From NCBI GenBank assembly GCA_963693365.1, contig CAVNZM010000015.1, forward strand, positions 3,975,502-4,039,501: a stretch of DNA of 64,000 nucleotides, read 5' to 3'. Origin of the DNA: Amoebidium appalachense (Eukaryota > Protista > Ichthyosporea). Made by a program: the position numbers and the translations under genes. Within the stretch, counting starts at the first letter, position 1. Every line of letters starts with the position of its first letter. This document shows, one piece after another, positions 23,340-57,169 of this stretch. The notes below the pieces were generated by a model. That model was not told the DNA's origin and searched no databases. It saw nothing but the letters and a program-made list of their open reading frames with translations.

Positions 23340-24785
23340 ATGAAGCTCGAAGCTGAACAGGGGAATACGGGTTGTGTGGTGGCGGGCTTGCGTGTCTGCA
23401 CTCCCCACCCCCCCGCGCAGCAAAGCACGGCTCTGGTCACAGGAGAACTCTTCTTCCCAACCGGATTTGTTGACTTTGTTTCGGACAATTTTGAAGAATG
23501 TTTTCCCTTAGACTCGACCTTTTCACTCGCGTCGACCAACGCAGACCTTCCACTCTCACCCCCAGCTTCGGCTTTCTGCATTGAGCCCATGACGAAAGGA
23601 GAGTTGGTTGATACTTCTGCCCTTGTAGCTCCAGGAACATTTGATTTTTCGGATTTGTTGTTGTGCAAGGATCAATCAACAACACAAATCCCAGTCTTGG
23701 GTGTTTTTTCTCCTCCCCTATTCGCTAAACTTATCGAAGAAAAGGTCGAACCACAGACCGGATCCGACGTGGATTTGATTGACATCAATGACTTTTTGTC
23801 TTCGTTTACCCCACCTGAGTCTCCATGCACCGACGTGAAAACAGAACAAGAGAAGCCCCAGATCGACACAGCAACGTTAACATGCATAACTCCCGCAATT
23901 TCTTCCCCACCACCCCTGACCACCTCGGACACGGAAAATGGAGACATAAAAACCGAAACTCCAACACCAAACACCAACGAATATACTGCAGACACATGGG
24001 GCACATGCGAACTTGGTGATGATGCCTCGGACTTTATTGACCCACGGCTTCTTTTCTCGCCGAGCATTTCACTTCCTGCATGCGCCCAGCAAACCCCCGG
24101 GCCATTTCTTTCCTCTCCAACACAGTTTTTGCCCACGTGCATCGGCGGAATTGTGGGAGATGTGAAACAAGAGAGAGAAGATGAAGACGAGGTAGAGGTG
24201 GACGTGGAGACGGTAGATGGGGCACCGGGCGTCACCGGCTCTGACATGCTGAAAATGTACGTGTCTGTGGCGGTCGATCCAACTCCAATTTTCATGGGAC
24301 ACGCTCCAGTTGTCACCCCTCGGCACCCCGGGTTGATGCCACTTCCACACTACGTGCACGTAAACTCATTCTTTCCCCCACAAGTCGTTTTGGCCGAGGC
24401 AAAACCTCTGATGCCGCCTGCAAATTCGAAATCGCCGTCCAAATCGGTTTCCCGCCAGAATTCGTCATCCCCTGGACCATATGCGCGGCGGACGGGAAAA
24501 TTCTCCAAGGAGCACCGTCGCGAAACCCACAATTTGCTGGAGAAAAAACGACGGGATGAGATGAAAATTGCGTTGGATAACCTTGCGGAATGTGTGCCTA
24601 AGGTCGTAGAGGCACAGGGGGGGTCTGGGAAAATTCCCCTGATGCAGGTTTTGGATTGGTCGACGGAGCATATGCGGTGGCTGCGGCAGGCGAATATTCA
24701 CCTCAACGCGCAGAAACAGGCGTTTTTGGATAGTAAGGAGATATTACTTGCCCGATTGAGAGAATTGCAGGCAAAATCCGCTTAG
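23340..24785 (+). CDS. MYC: Myc-family bHLH-leucine zipper transcription factor (intronless, 481 aa)
   Basis: C-terminal bHLH-Zip RRETHNLLEKKRRDEMKIALDNLAECVP...LLARLRELQ with H/E/R basic residues for CACGTG binding. Upstream motifs in Myc order: TPPESP, ASDFIDPRLLF (cf. ASECIDPSVVF), acidic EDEVEVDVETV (cf. EEEIDVVSV). Confidence 0.8.
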   Translation: MKLEAEQGNTGCVVAGLRVCTPHPPAQQSTALVTGELFFPTGFVDFVSDNFEECFPLDSTFSLASTNADLPLSPPASAFCIEPMTKGELVDTSALVAPGTFDFSDLLLCKDQSTTQIPVLGVFSPPLFAKLIEEKVEPQTGSDVDLIDINDFLSSFTPPESPCTDVKTEQEKPQIDTATLTCITPAISSPPPLTTSDTENGDIKTETPTPNTNEYTADTWGTCELGDDASDFIDPRLLFSPSISLPACAQQTPGPFLSSPTQFLPTCIGGIVGDVKQEREDEDEVEVDVETVDGAPGVTGSDMLKMYVSVAVDPTPIFMGHAPVVTPRHPGLMPLPHYVHVNSFFPPQVVLAEAKPLMPPANSKSPSKSVSRQNSSSPGPYARRTGKFSKEHRRETHNLLEKKRRDEMKIALDNLAECVPKVVEAQGGSGKIPLMQVLDWSTEHMRWLRQANIHLNAQKQAFLDSKEILLARLRELQAKSA

Positions 24786-26642
24786 GCGGATGGCTGGATA
24801 TTTGATGTGGATATACTGTAATGTAGATAGACGACGTGATAAATAGATTCATGATCATGCAGTATAATAAAGGATATGTAACGTGATGATATGGCCCTTT
24901 GGGTTGTCTATTTATTTATTTTTAAAAACTTTTTTTTAACCTATAGAGAATCTCTACCTGGTGTGTATGTATCACGGGAATTTGTTGCGTGTAAACAGAG
25001 TGTGCCTTTTCAAGTTATTTTGCTCCCCCCCCCCCCCCCCCCCCCCCCCCCAGTATTCTCAGAGTTCCTAGTTTTAGTATTTTTTTATTTTTCAGTGAGT
25101 AGGACTTTGTGAGTCGTGCACGTGCAACAGCGTGATGATGGTTAATTCGTTATTTCTTGACCAATTTTTTATACCCATCAGCAAAAAAAATACGAGGTTC
25201 ATGAAGGTTTTTCATCCATATGCGAAGGTTGTAGGATGTATACTTGCGTGACATAACGATAAGACAGAGATGTGAGACAATGTACAACTAGGTGATTATG
25301 AAGGTGTGTTTTTTGAAGGTTGTACGTTTGAAGTAGATTCCGGTTAGTGAACGGCATAAGGCCGTAAACGTAAAAGGCAAACACCAGCCTTAAGCTTAGC
25401 GGATCTGCAGCTGTCATTAAATCTGTAATAACACATTTCGCTGGATGACCACCCGATCTCCATCCCTCACCACCCCCCCCCCCCCCCTCCCTCCCTTTCC
25501 TCTCCCTCCCCCCCCTCCCCACTCCCCCCCCCCCCGGCCCCTGTTAGGAGGGAAAACATCGACTGGCCCTTAAGGCATTTTTTCCCACGCCATAATAACA
25601 TCACCCAAAAAGAGCACCCAGTATTTGGACAAAAGCAAATCACTGCATGTTTGATGCAACATATCAGTGGCAGCCGGCGGGCGCCCCCAGGGCCTAGGTC
25701 GCATGAATAGTGATGTCTACACCTCTGTTGCAATGATGTTATTTTTATTTTTACGCTAGGATGATGACGTTATAAAATATGCTACGAGTTGCCACGGTAA
25801 CCTTAATTAATCACATAAACAAATGTGCGCACACAGTGTCTACTCCCATATACACAGGTGCACAGGTGACGGTCCTCTCCCCTCCCCCTTCCCCTCCCCC
25901 CCCCCCTCCCCCCCCCAACCCCCCCAAAAAAAAGAAATAAAACAAAGAAATATAAACAAAATGGAAAATAGAATCGTTGAAAGACAAAATGAAAAATAGC
26001 TAGACCTATAGATTTAAACAAGAATCTATGCAGTAACACAATATGTTGCAGACACCCACGTTATTACAGCCACTGAATTGAAGATAACTGAAGTCTGATG
26101 TAAAAGTAACCACAAAAGTGAAATGTATGTGTGTGCGCGTATGTTTGTGTGTACATAACTTGTGTGTGTGTGCGTTGTACGCGCGCGTGTGTGTGTGTGT
26201 GCGTGCGCGTGCCTGTCTCTGTCTCCGTCTGTGTCCGTGTTTGTGTCCGTGTGTGTGTGTGTGTGCGTGGCACGTTTGTGTTGGTATGCGTGTGCGCGTG
26301 CCTGAGTGTGTGTGCGTGTGTGTACGCACGCACACGTGCACATGTGTGTGGATGTGTCTGTCTCTTTCTCTGTGTGCGTGCGTGCGTGCGTGCGTGCGTG
26401 TGTGCGTAGATGTGTACCGTACCTACCAACACTATGCTCTATGCAGCAGTATGCATCACATTGACTTCAAGCGCCTGCTCCTATTCTGTTATATGTTCTT
26501 TTCGATTGTTGGTGTACACTTGCTATCAATGCTTAGGGATCAATACAATCACAGAAGAACACTTACGCGCCGCGGGAGTCAATCAGGTGTGTGTAACGTC
26601 TATCGAACTGGCGACATACACACAACTTGCATCGTGGTGAAG

Positions 26643-26676
<34 letters not shown>

Positions 26677-27525
26677 CTTCCCTCTCCCTTGGAGAAATGG
26701 GGTGCTGCACACACACATACACACACACACACATACACACAGTGGATGCGCAACTTGATAATGGACATTAACACATACACGTAGAATGCAGAACACACTG
26801 TATTCACACACTCGGAAACCAACCGCCTCCTCATTGATTTGAAAGAGGAGCGTGTTCATACAATGAAGTTCAACATAGGTAGCTTTCAACAGGCATAAAA
26901 ATGCGGCCACTTAATGGACTCGGAACCAACTTTATTTCTTTTGATAAAATGAAGGAGTTTTTGCTCATGGCACAAATTGATCATTGAATTTGCCCGTACG
27001 TTCGATTCTTGTACATGTTTATCCCCCGGTGAGTCTTCTCATGAACAAGAGCAATGATCAAATATGAAAAGAAAATGTAGATATAAGAATAGGTAGGAAT
27101 CACAGGAAGGCGAAACATGGTACCACTCCAGAATTAGAAACCTGAAAAAATGGGCACACACGGTAACCTTGGGGCCAAAAAAAAAGATAAACAAAAAAAA
27201 AAAAAAAAAATGATGCTAATGTCTAAGTTCATAACTTACCATTCTAAACAAGGTGTATTTCAACGTTCTAAACTGGCCGCACTCGTATTCATCAGGCGTA
27301 CCCCCCCCCCCCCCCCCCCCCCCCTTCCTCTCTCTTAGCATAAGCTCTTGTCCAACCCCATCCTCCCCCCTCCCCCCCTCCCCTCCCCCTCCCCCTCCCA
27401 CTCCCCCTTTCTCGTCTCTCTCTCTCAAACAGTATACAAATGCTCATCTCTTCAGACATGTCTTCCCCCCCCCCCCACCCCTCCCCCCCCCCCCCCCCCC
27501 CCCCCGCCTCTGCCTCATCCCACTT

Positions 27526-30308
27526 TTAGACAGCAAACATAAGTTCGTCCCCCCTAGACCAATACAGATACAGAGCAGCAACCACCGCCATCACCCCAAG
27601 TACTGCGTCATAGGTCACCCACTTCCCAAGACCCCCCACCCACGTGCGCAACATCTCCGTAAAACCCCCTGCCATGTTGACTTTTTCCTTCTCGCCCACG
27701 GACCCAGACCCCTCCCCTTCGGAAATTTCGGACTTTCCCGTTTCGGAACCGTATTTTTCGTGTTCAGCGCTGTCTTCCACCTCACCCTCCGCTGTCACTC
27801 CATGCTCCTCTTCTTTCTCTTTTCCAGAAATTTCATGCCCCTCTCCTTCGACCCCCCCGGTCTCTTGGCGCCGCTCGTTGCCTGCATCCCCCCCAACTCC
27901 ACTCAGTGTCCCCTCATCAAACATAAACCCCTGCTCAGTATTTTCATCCGGATTTCCCACCTTCTCCTGCATTTTCCCTTTATCTTCCCCACCGGTTGTG
28001 CCGACGAAAAACTTTGCGGCATCCGCCGACATTTCGGTGCCCTGGGGTTTGGGGGCCTCGACTGGAATTGTGGCGCGGGGGCTCAAATCGTAGTCTTGGA
28101 GGTTAACTTCCTTGGCAGGGGTGTCAATAGTGAGCCGGTCCGAAGACTCATCTTGGGGGGGTTTTTCTTCGGTTTTTTCTGTCTCCGTGGACTCCGTACT
28201 CTCCGTTTTCGACTGAGTTGTGACGATATTGGCCGGTTTGGAAGCGCCGCCCTCGTCGCCCAAAACCTCGATCTCAGGGGGGTTTGTGATGGTCGAACCC
28301 CCCTCCACCCCTTCCTTCACTGCGTCTTCTGACTTGACTTCGCCGCTCTCTGGCTCCTCGACCACCACACGTGGAATTTCGCCCGTTGTGTCCCCCTCCT
28401 CGCCTCCGACATTACCCATAGAACCCCCAACAGCCGTAATTTTCGTCTCGCTGGCCGATTTTGCGCCCTTGTCCCTCACGTCGACACTTTCTTCCTTCTG
28501 CTTCCTCCCCGCCTTTTCCTCTTCGATTAGATCTTCTTTTCCTGGTAGAATCCCCCCCACGGCCTCCGGGACGCCATAACCCCCCCCAATATTCTCCATA
28601 ATTTCGCGCTCCTCCTTTCCCATTCCCATCTCCTCCGTTTTTCCCTCCATTTGCTCCTCCTCCTCTGCTTTCTCGTGAGAGCGGGGAGGCAAAATGACCT
28701 TCCCCTTTTCCTTTTCGTCCCAATTTGCGGGCGGCACCATAACAAACCCCCCTGCCTCCTCTTCCTCGTGCCCAGTCCCCTTCTCTTTCTCGTCTTTGGA
28801 CCCCCCCTTTTCACGAATTTTCCGTTCTTCCTCCGGTGCCATCTTTGGGCTCCCCTCTATGGGCCGGTCGTAGAAGGACCCTGTGCCGTGTTCGAGCTCC
28901 CTTCCGAACGCCTCCATGTGGATGCCTTCTGTGATAGCACGGGGTGAATTAGGTGTGTGTTTTTTTTTTCATTCATTTTGAACCGGGGCAAACACGGGTG
29001 TGTGCATGTGTGAAAGTGTGTGAAGCGGTGGCTGGACAGGGCGGGGAGATGGGTATTATAGTGGTGACCTGGTAACTTGGAATCTGAAATCAAGAATAAG
29101 ATCTCCCGAAGGGATTCTAGCGACGGAAGGCTACGTGGTAGTAGTGATGGGTGAGAGGAGGGTGTGCGTGTGTGTGTGAGGGAGGGGGGAGGGGGAGGTG
29201 GGGGGAGGGGGGGGGGGGGGGGGTAGGGGGGGCAACCAAGACACAAACATGCACACGTAACAAAGGACACAGGCTCGGTGCAGGAATTTTTAAGAGGGGG
29301 GAGGGGGGGGGGGGGAGGGGGGGAGGGGAGGAGTGAGGGGGAGGGGGCTCCCTTTAGTTTGTGTAGTGATAAATCCATGGGAGAATCAAGAGACGAGACG
29401 CTGGAAAAGGGAGTAGTAGGAGGGGAGGGAATTAGAGTTGGGGTGAAATCCCACTGAAACACCCCGGGAAGAAAGAGAGGTGATGGGAAAAGGGGGGGGG
29501 GGGAGGAAGGATTTTGTTTTCACTCTTTGCACTATTATTTTCTTTCCTGGGTTCCGGGGGGGGGGAAGGAGGGGGGGGGGGGGGGGAGGGGGGGGGGGGG
29601 GCATTTTTATGTGGATGGGGGGGGGGGGGGGGGGGTGGCATTTTTATGTGGATGGGGGGGGGGGGGGGGGGGGGGGGGGAGGGGCCAGGGAAAGGGGGTA
29701 GGGGGGTGGGGGGGAGGGAGGTTAAGAGGGCTTTAAGTGAATACCACCTGTGGGTTCGGCCGCAGGAGCCGCAGTCTGAGCAGTGGGCGGCGACTGCACC
29801 TCAAATTTCAGGACCCCCCCTTCCTCCTCGTCACTCTCCCCCTCCTCCAGACTCTCATTCATACTCTCATCATCCTCCCCCTCCCCCTCTGCCTCTTTCT
29901 CCTTCCCCCACATATCCTTCTTCTCTCCCTCCCCTCCCACCATCTCCCTCACACCTGCAACCCCCTTCCTTTCGGTTTCCTTGCTTATTTCCTGGATGGG
30001 GGAGAGGTGGGTGGGTAAGGTTGCCGGCATATCTTCGTGGGGCTTTTCGGACGGGTAGAGGGGTGCCTGCATGGTCAAGGGATGGTCAGTGTATTGTAGC
30101 TCCACATGGGTGAAATAGTTATTCATCGGCTCTGTGCAAGCTCTACAACTGCGTTTGATTGCATGTTTTGTGGATATTGCATTCCTTGTGTGAACCTGGA
30201 TCCTGTACGCACATCAAACACAGGCTCTCGCCGAGCTGGTGACAGATCCGTTTGGTGGGATGGGGAAGGGTGGATTTTTTTTCCTTTTCTCTTTCTTTCT
30301 TTTTTTTT

Positions 30309-30351
<43 letters not shown>

Positions 30352-30419
30352 AGGGGGGGGGGGGGGGGGGGGGGATATACAACGGGTGTTTACACGGGAA
30401 TAATATAAAGAGTAACCCC

Positions 30420-30462
<43 letters not shown>

Positions 30463-32001
30463 AAAAAAAAGAAAAAATAAAAAGGAAAAAAACACTTAGT
30501 ACCCACGTACAATCACTACCTGCATTCAATTGGTACTCGAGTGTGCAAACAGTACCCGTGCGCAAAAAGTCCCCCGCGTGCAAACAGTACCCGCGTGCAA
30601 ACAGTACCTGTGTGCAAACGGTCATCCGTGTGCAAACAGTCATCCGCGTGCAAACAGTCATCCGCGTGCAAACATTACCCGCGTGCAAACAGTACCCGCG
30701 TGCAAACAGTACATACCGTGTCGGGGCCAATGCCCGTGCCAGCCAGGTGCTTTGCCTTTTGCGTAAACCGCCACAGCCGGTCGTTCTCGCGTAGCACGTG
30801 GAGGGTGCGACCGGTATACTCGATGAAGCCATCCCGGTGCAGCGCACGAAGCAGCCTAATATGATTGAAAAGGGTTTTTTTTTTTTTTTTTTTTTTTTTT
30901 GTTGGTTGGTGGGTGGGTGGGTTGGTTGATTGGTTGGTTGGTTGGTTGGTTGGTTGGGGGGGGAGGGGGGGGGGGGGGGGGGGGGGGTTGTAGGATGGGT
31001 AGGGAGGGAGAAAGGGGTTACGGGTCAATATATCTTTGAAGTATAGATAGGTTTGGGTCATGAATCTGTAAGCGGAAGGGGGGGGGGGGGGGGGGGGGGA
31101 TATATGATGCAATGTGAAAAAGGAGGATGGTATGCTAAGATAAAGGGAGTCCTCGGACTTGAGTTGATAGTCTAAGAGGTTTCATAGTTGTTGCTCACAG
31201 AAAGAACAAGCAAGCGGGGAAAATAGTAGAAGAACAGAACCTTTCAAAAAGTTGGGATACTGGAGACGGGGGAGAGGGCGAAGAGGGAGGGGGGTAAGGG
31301 GAAACGGGAAAGAGAGAAAGGGGTGTAAGGGAGGAGGGGCGGGAAGGAGGATGGAGGGGAGGGGGGTGGGAGGGGGGGGGGGGGGGGGGGGGGGGGAGCG
31401 ATACAAAAACTAGGACGCATAATACAGCAGTAGGAATGGGTGGAGGGAGAAAGGGCGTGTGTGTGGGTGTGTGCTGGGGGGAAGGGGGAGGGGGGGGGGG
31501 GGGGGGGGGGGAGATACGGTTCTGCCCCGGGAAAGTGAGTGCATCCAAATTGAAGAGATTATGAATGTCATATGAGAAAGATGGTGGTGGTGGTGGCGTG
31601 GGGGGGGGTGGTGGTGGCGTGGGGGGGGGGTAAAGGGAGGAGGAGAGGGGCAAGGGGCGATGGAGGGGCGAGGGTGAGGGAGGGGGGGGGGGGGGGGGGG
31701 GGGGTTCATACTTCAGTGCCTGTTTTGTGTCTCCAAGAGTCTCCCTCTCTCTCATCACCCCCACAGCCTCGGCAGCAACAAAACACTCCGGCACGTTAGA
31801 TCTCAGAAGGCCCCTCTTGCGATCTTTTACCTCCACGTGATTGGCCAGCAGACGCACCAATCGGATCTCAGTTGCCAAATTTGGGCGATCGGCATTGGCT
31901 GCTTGGCGAGGGAGAGCGATTTTTGCACCGGCAGGGAGAGTGTTGGCAAAGATGGAGGGGATGGACTCGGTGGGGATCGTCGGGAAAGGTGGACTTGCCA
32001 T
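27526..32001 (-). CDS. N-terminal DEP-domain protein with long acidic disordered region and C-terminal tail-anchor TM
   Basis: Exons 32001-31712 and 30855-30717 splice in frame to VEVKDRKRGLLRSNVPECFVAAEAV...KQALKLLRALHRDGFIEY...NDRLWRF (DEP pattern). Then an acidic exon at ~30198-29744 (boundaries uncertain) and last exon 28928-27526 ending YDAVLGVMAVVAALYLYWSRGDELMFAV*. Confidence 0.72.
30540..30712. repeat. Intronic minisatellite, about 10 copies of a 17-18 bp unit (CGCGTGCAAACAGTACC)
   Basis: Repeated GTGCAAACAGT core abutting the minus-strand donor at 30716. Confidence 0.9.
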
Positions 32002-32374
32002 GGTGGTGGATGGGTCAGGAATTCGCACCTGTGTGTGTGTGTGTGTGTGTGTGCGTGCGTGCATGCGTGCGTGCGTGCGTGCATGTGTGTGTGTGTGTGT
32101 GTGTGTGTGTACGGGTAGTGTGTATGGAGGGGGTTGTGGGGGAATGGGGGGGAGGGGGGGAGATACACTGGAAGGTAGAAGGGGGAGCTGAAAGGGAAGG
32201 GGTGCCCGGGAATAGCGAGAGGGGAGGGGGAGGGGGGTTTCGGATTTTTTTTTTTTTTTTTGGTGGGGGGGGGGGGGGGGGGGGGGGGGGAGGGGGCAGG
32301 GGGAAAGGGGGGGGCAATGAGAATTGGTCAGTATGTGTGTGTGTTTTTTTTTCCTCCTTTTTTTCCCTTTTTTT

Positions 32375-32428
<54 letters not shown>

Positions 32429-32584
32429 GTTCATGCGTGCGCCTGTGACTCGTTGCATCACTGTGGGCGGTGATTTTAGTTTTGGCGTTACTGGCACTGA
32501 GACGGGTGGGGAGGAGGGGGGTAGAGGATTGGCTTAGGAAGGTAAGAAAAAATATGGGGGGGGGGGGGGGGGGAGGGGGGGGGG

Positions 32585-32622
<38 letters not shown>

Positions 32623-34045
32623 AAAATGGTCAATGGACATTTTGTCGTTGAGTAAAGAGTTATGAAAACGCGCAAGTCCGTTGCTCCATATCTTTTAACC
32701 GGGTGTGTTTGTGGATACTTTCGGAGAATGGGAGAGCAAACACGGATGTTTATGCGTAGTTTTTTTTTATTAATTTAATGCGCAGCCGAAAACAATGGGA
32801 GCTTGGTACAGTGTGCTCCGATAGTATTGGACACACTGCCAAAGGAAAAGAACGGACCATTGGTAAATTCACGATAGGCCATTTCTTACAAAAAACAAAA
32901 CAAACGGGGAAAAGAACGTTAACCTAGACATACGAGGGTTGAAACTCCCGCCTCCACCACCCACCCAACCTCTTCCCCACACCGCCCCACGGGGAGGGGG
33001 AAAACAAGAAGGGAAAAAAAAAAGAGGGGGGGGGGGGGGGGGGGGCTGATGTAGGGCCCGAACATGGGAAGTCACTAGTAACAACTTTGACAGCGACAAT
33101 AAATTGAAAACACTGAGGTAAGAAATAAAAAAGGGAGAAAAAGGATAATTACCTCTAAGGCTTCCTCTAGTTGCTCGATTGGAAACAATTTAAGACGACG
33201 GATTCGATAATCCTTAAATATACTTTTTACATGTGCCGGTGTCACCACGAACACAAAAAACCGACTTCGAAAAGGGATATGTTGATGGTACTCGATTCAG
33301 AGGAATAAATGTGAACGCGAGAGTTAATTGATAGCTGATGTGGTGACTCTTTATACCCCCAACAGAAAATGCTGACGGGGCCTTCACAGGGAAATGACTG
33401 AATCTGTCCCGTGTTTTTCGAGTCATTCTCCGGGACTGAGTGTATCGTGGTGTCAAAACGCTGGAAAAGTAGTATGAAATGTCAGAACCACGTGACATCG
33501 TGACATGAGGGTGATTTTTTATGTAGATCTGCTTTGATGTACAGAAAAACATACTAGACGTTGCATGTGCACCACGAAACAAGCAAGAACCCGATAATAG
33601 ATATGGAAAAGCGGATATATAATTGTTACTAGCGCTAACACCGGAAAAGAATTGTGATTTTACAAGAAAAAATTTCTTATTTAATTATAAGGCTTCAAGC
33701 TGTATTGACCATAGTTACACAAAAAGGAAACTTCATAAGTTAGGCACTAGTACTACTAACGACCACATCAAGGTAAACCGCACTACCTTGACTAAGCTTC
33801 TATTATGCTGAATTGTGGACGTCACACACGCGGTGCGGGAAAAGCATTTGCATGCCATATGTACACGTGACAGGGTAATCATGACGAAGTGACACGTCAC
33901 GTGTTGCATGATGATGGAAGGGTCTCGGCTCCGTGCATGTGACGTATACGTAGGACGTACACGTGCACATGGGTGAACATTTCAACCATCGAAGTGTCCA
34001 CAGAAGCACAACTTCAGCATAGCTGTAGATCCACAGAGCAGGTTT

Positions 34046-34081
<36 letters not shown>

Positions 34082-34366
34082 ACCCGCCCCCCCCCGGGGG
34101 GACTGCGTGCTCTACTACCCGTCTCTGGCTTCCATCCATGCACACACACAAAATGAAAAAACAAGGCATGGACAGGGAGCTGCATGTACATGGCATGAAA
34201 CGATGATCATCATATGTATCTTTATTATCATAATGCACTGCGAGTACGAATTTATTATGGTCAACATCAATCAGCCAATATTCCTACTTTTTCTTATTAT
34301 TTTATAAATATTCTGCATTGTCACACGTGTGCATTCAAAGAAAGAGCTCTGACATTCGACAAACCA

Positions 34367-34432
<66 letters not shown>

Positions 34433-35236
34433 ACCTGCCTTGCCTCCCTCCAGGGGGACGGTAAAGATTTTGTCTTGAGTTTTGAGTACACGACATATCA
34501 AGTACACAACCTATTCAATTTTTTAAGTGCACAAATATTTAACCTCTTGAGGCCCGGACTAATTGATTTGGACGGGTCCCGTCCAAGGCCTAAACAACTC
34601 TATTGCGGTCCAAAATCCATAGAAAAGGCTCAAATAAATTGCATATGCCGACAGATACTAAGATGATTCTGTTTCTGAAGTGACTTTCGAGATTTTGAGA
34701 AAATCTTGAATTGCCATCGAATGTCCACTGAGCCGGCCAATCATGTTTTGCCATTCGGAGCCATTTTCAGATTGGTCCAATCAGAAGATTGCATTGACGG
34801 CATTTCGATGTCGACATTGACTCGTCAAGCCGGCAAGCACCCTTTCTAGATACACCAAGGTATCGTTATTAGAGTAAATCTCATTTTTTTTTGCATAAGA
34901 CGAAGGATAAATGTATATTCTAATCTTGTGCAACTTTTATTTGGCTAGTTCCTATCAACTTCATGTACACATTAACGCACACACTGACTCATGTCGATGT
35001 CAGTTGACTAGTTGTCGATCTCATGGAAATTACGGTTCTGAACAGGTTAATTTACACATTCAGAGTTCATATGTACCCCCACTGGTTTCCAAACAACGGC
35101 TCCTTCTGTATTAGAGTGGAGGGTGTACACAGGGTGTGCATACGTGTGCACGTGTGTGTGTGCGTGCGTGACACTGCGTGTACATGCTCTACGCTAGCCC
35201 ACACTTAAATTCGCCAAAATCCTTTTACACAATCAG

Positions 35237-35269
<33 letters not shown>

Positions 35270-35360
35270 TCTGTCACATTCGTAAATTGTCCGGTGGGAG
35301 AGGAAAAAACGACCATCATATGCCGAATAAATTAAGAAAATACGACAAAATAGACAAAAA

Positions 35361-54753
<19,393 letters not shown>

Positions 54754-55198
54754 CTTTACGTTATCTGTTAGGGACACAGAGACATGATTAAAGAAGGAGG
54801 AATGTCGTGCTGGTGTTGGGGGAACAGGGTCCTTTAGTAGACACCACGCCTTGCTTTCTTTAAACACATTTACCATCAACCTTCTTGTTAAAGAAAGGAG
54901 GGATATCATGCTAGTAACCGCGTTGGGGTGGATGTGAAGTGGGCGAGAGGGAGGGGCGGGGGGGGGGGGGGGGGGGGGGGGCTGATGGGGTGGCAAAAAG
55001 AGGGGGAGAGAGAGCACAAGACAACAGCAGCAGCAACGGTGTAGGGGGGTCGAGCATGGTGGGTAGCCATCAGGAGCTACCTCCTGACGGACGGGCCGGC
55101 GGGCGGGGGGGGGGGGGGGGGGGGGGGGGGGGAGGCATATCGAGAGATCGAGTAAAGGAGAAATCGACACAAGACACAAACGCACACACACAGAGAGA

Positions 55199-55307
<109 letters not shown>

Positions 55308-55769
55308 GGGGGGAGAGAGAGAGAGAGAGCAAGAGGGAAAGAGAGGGAGAGGAGAAGGAGAGAGCGAAAAGGGGAGACAGAGGGAGAGGAGAAGGAGAGG
55401 TGGGGGGGAGGGAGAGGAAAGAGAGCCTCGGGAAACAAAGGGGCAGAGCATGTGAAGGGTTGCATTGAGACAGAGAGAGGATGATGAGCGGCAGGGAGGT
55501 GGGAGAGAGGGTAAGAGCCGGAGGGAAGGAGGGAGAGAAGAGACACAAAGAAAAAAGAAAAAAAGAAAAAGAAACAGCAGCTTGATGAGTCGTAAAGCAA
55601 GAGAGGGGTGAAACAAAAGCACAGACGCACGCAGGCAAGCACGCACAGGCACGCACAGCACAGCACAGAGCATCACGTTATCCACACGCATACTACTGCG
55701 TGGGGAATGCACGCACACTTACAAAGAAACGCGCACGAGCACATAAACACGCACAAACTAGAACGCATG

Positions 55770-55916
<147 letters not shown>

Positions 55917-56894
55917 GCGTGCGCGCACACACGCACACACACATAGACACACACGCGCACACACACACCCACACACACACACAAACGTTAACACACACAC
56001 CCACACACACACACACACACGCAAACACACAAACTTACCGGCCCCGCGCCTGTTTTTGCAGACTCGCACCCTGCGTATTGGAGGCACGGTGCTTATGGTC
56101 TGACGGTGGTTGTGCAGACCTGGATGGGCAAATCAAGAACATGCCGCTCTAGGATCTCGAGTGTGGAGCGGCGCGCTCTCTGCGCCTAGGAGTGCCACTC
56201 GCGGCCCGGGAGTTCCACCAACGCACCCACACAACACACACGCACCCACCCCGCGACACGCACGCACACGCACGCACACACACACAAAAAAAACCACACA
56301 CACGCACACATACACGCGCACGCACACACACACACACGCACCACACGCACACGCACACACTGTCACACACACGCGCGCGCGCGCGCGCGTGCGCACGCAC
56401 TGACACACACACACGCACACGGTGACAAACACACACACACACACAAGCAAACACTGTGTGCCACACACGCACACACGCACACGCGCACACGCGCATGCGA
56501 AAGCAAACACACATGCCACACACAAGTATCCGGACAAAAGACTTGCACGCACAAATGCGCTGCGCCTATGCTATCTCTCGCTGGCCCTGTTCTTTGTATT
56601 ACCCCCCGGGGCCAACGCCAAAACTTTCGATATTTCATGATGGCATCGCTGCATGCACGCACACTGTTAACAGATCGCCTCCGAGCCGAGCGTGACTTAC
56701 GGTTACACGTTTACACAGCCACACAGCTTTTTAAAATGCACGTGAACACAAACTGAACCAGTATGTACACAAACGACAGAGTCACACACAAGCACTGGTG
56801 CTCTGGTACACGAATATGCACGCGCACACATGATGCACGCACACGCACCACACGCACTTGCGCACACCACGCACACACACACACACACAGTGGC

Positions 56895-56926
<32 letters not shown>

Positions 56927-56931
56927 CCACA

Positions 56932-57075
<144 letters not shown>

Positions 57076-57134
57076 CAAACACACACGACCGCACGCGCGC
57101 ACACACAAACACACACACACACACACACACGTGG

Positions 57135-57169
<35 letters not shown>

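Noticed and set aside
33860-33970. Cluster of CACGTG E-boxes as Myc targets
   Set aside because: CACGTG arises constantly at CA/GT repeat junctions throughout this window, so enrichment cannot be claimed.
34568-34591. Palindrome TTGGACGGG-T-CCCGTCCAA and a 12-mer shared with 16379-16390
   Set aside because: Too short to define an element; no boundaries or TSD found.
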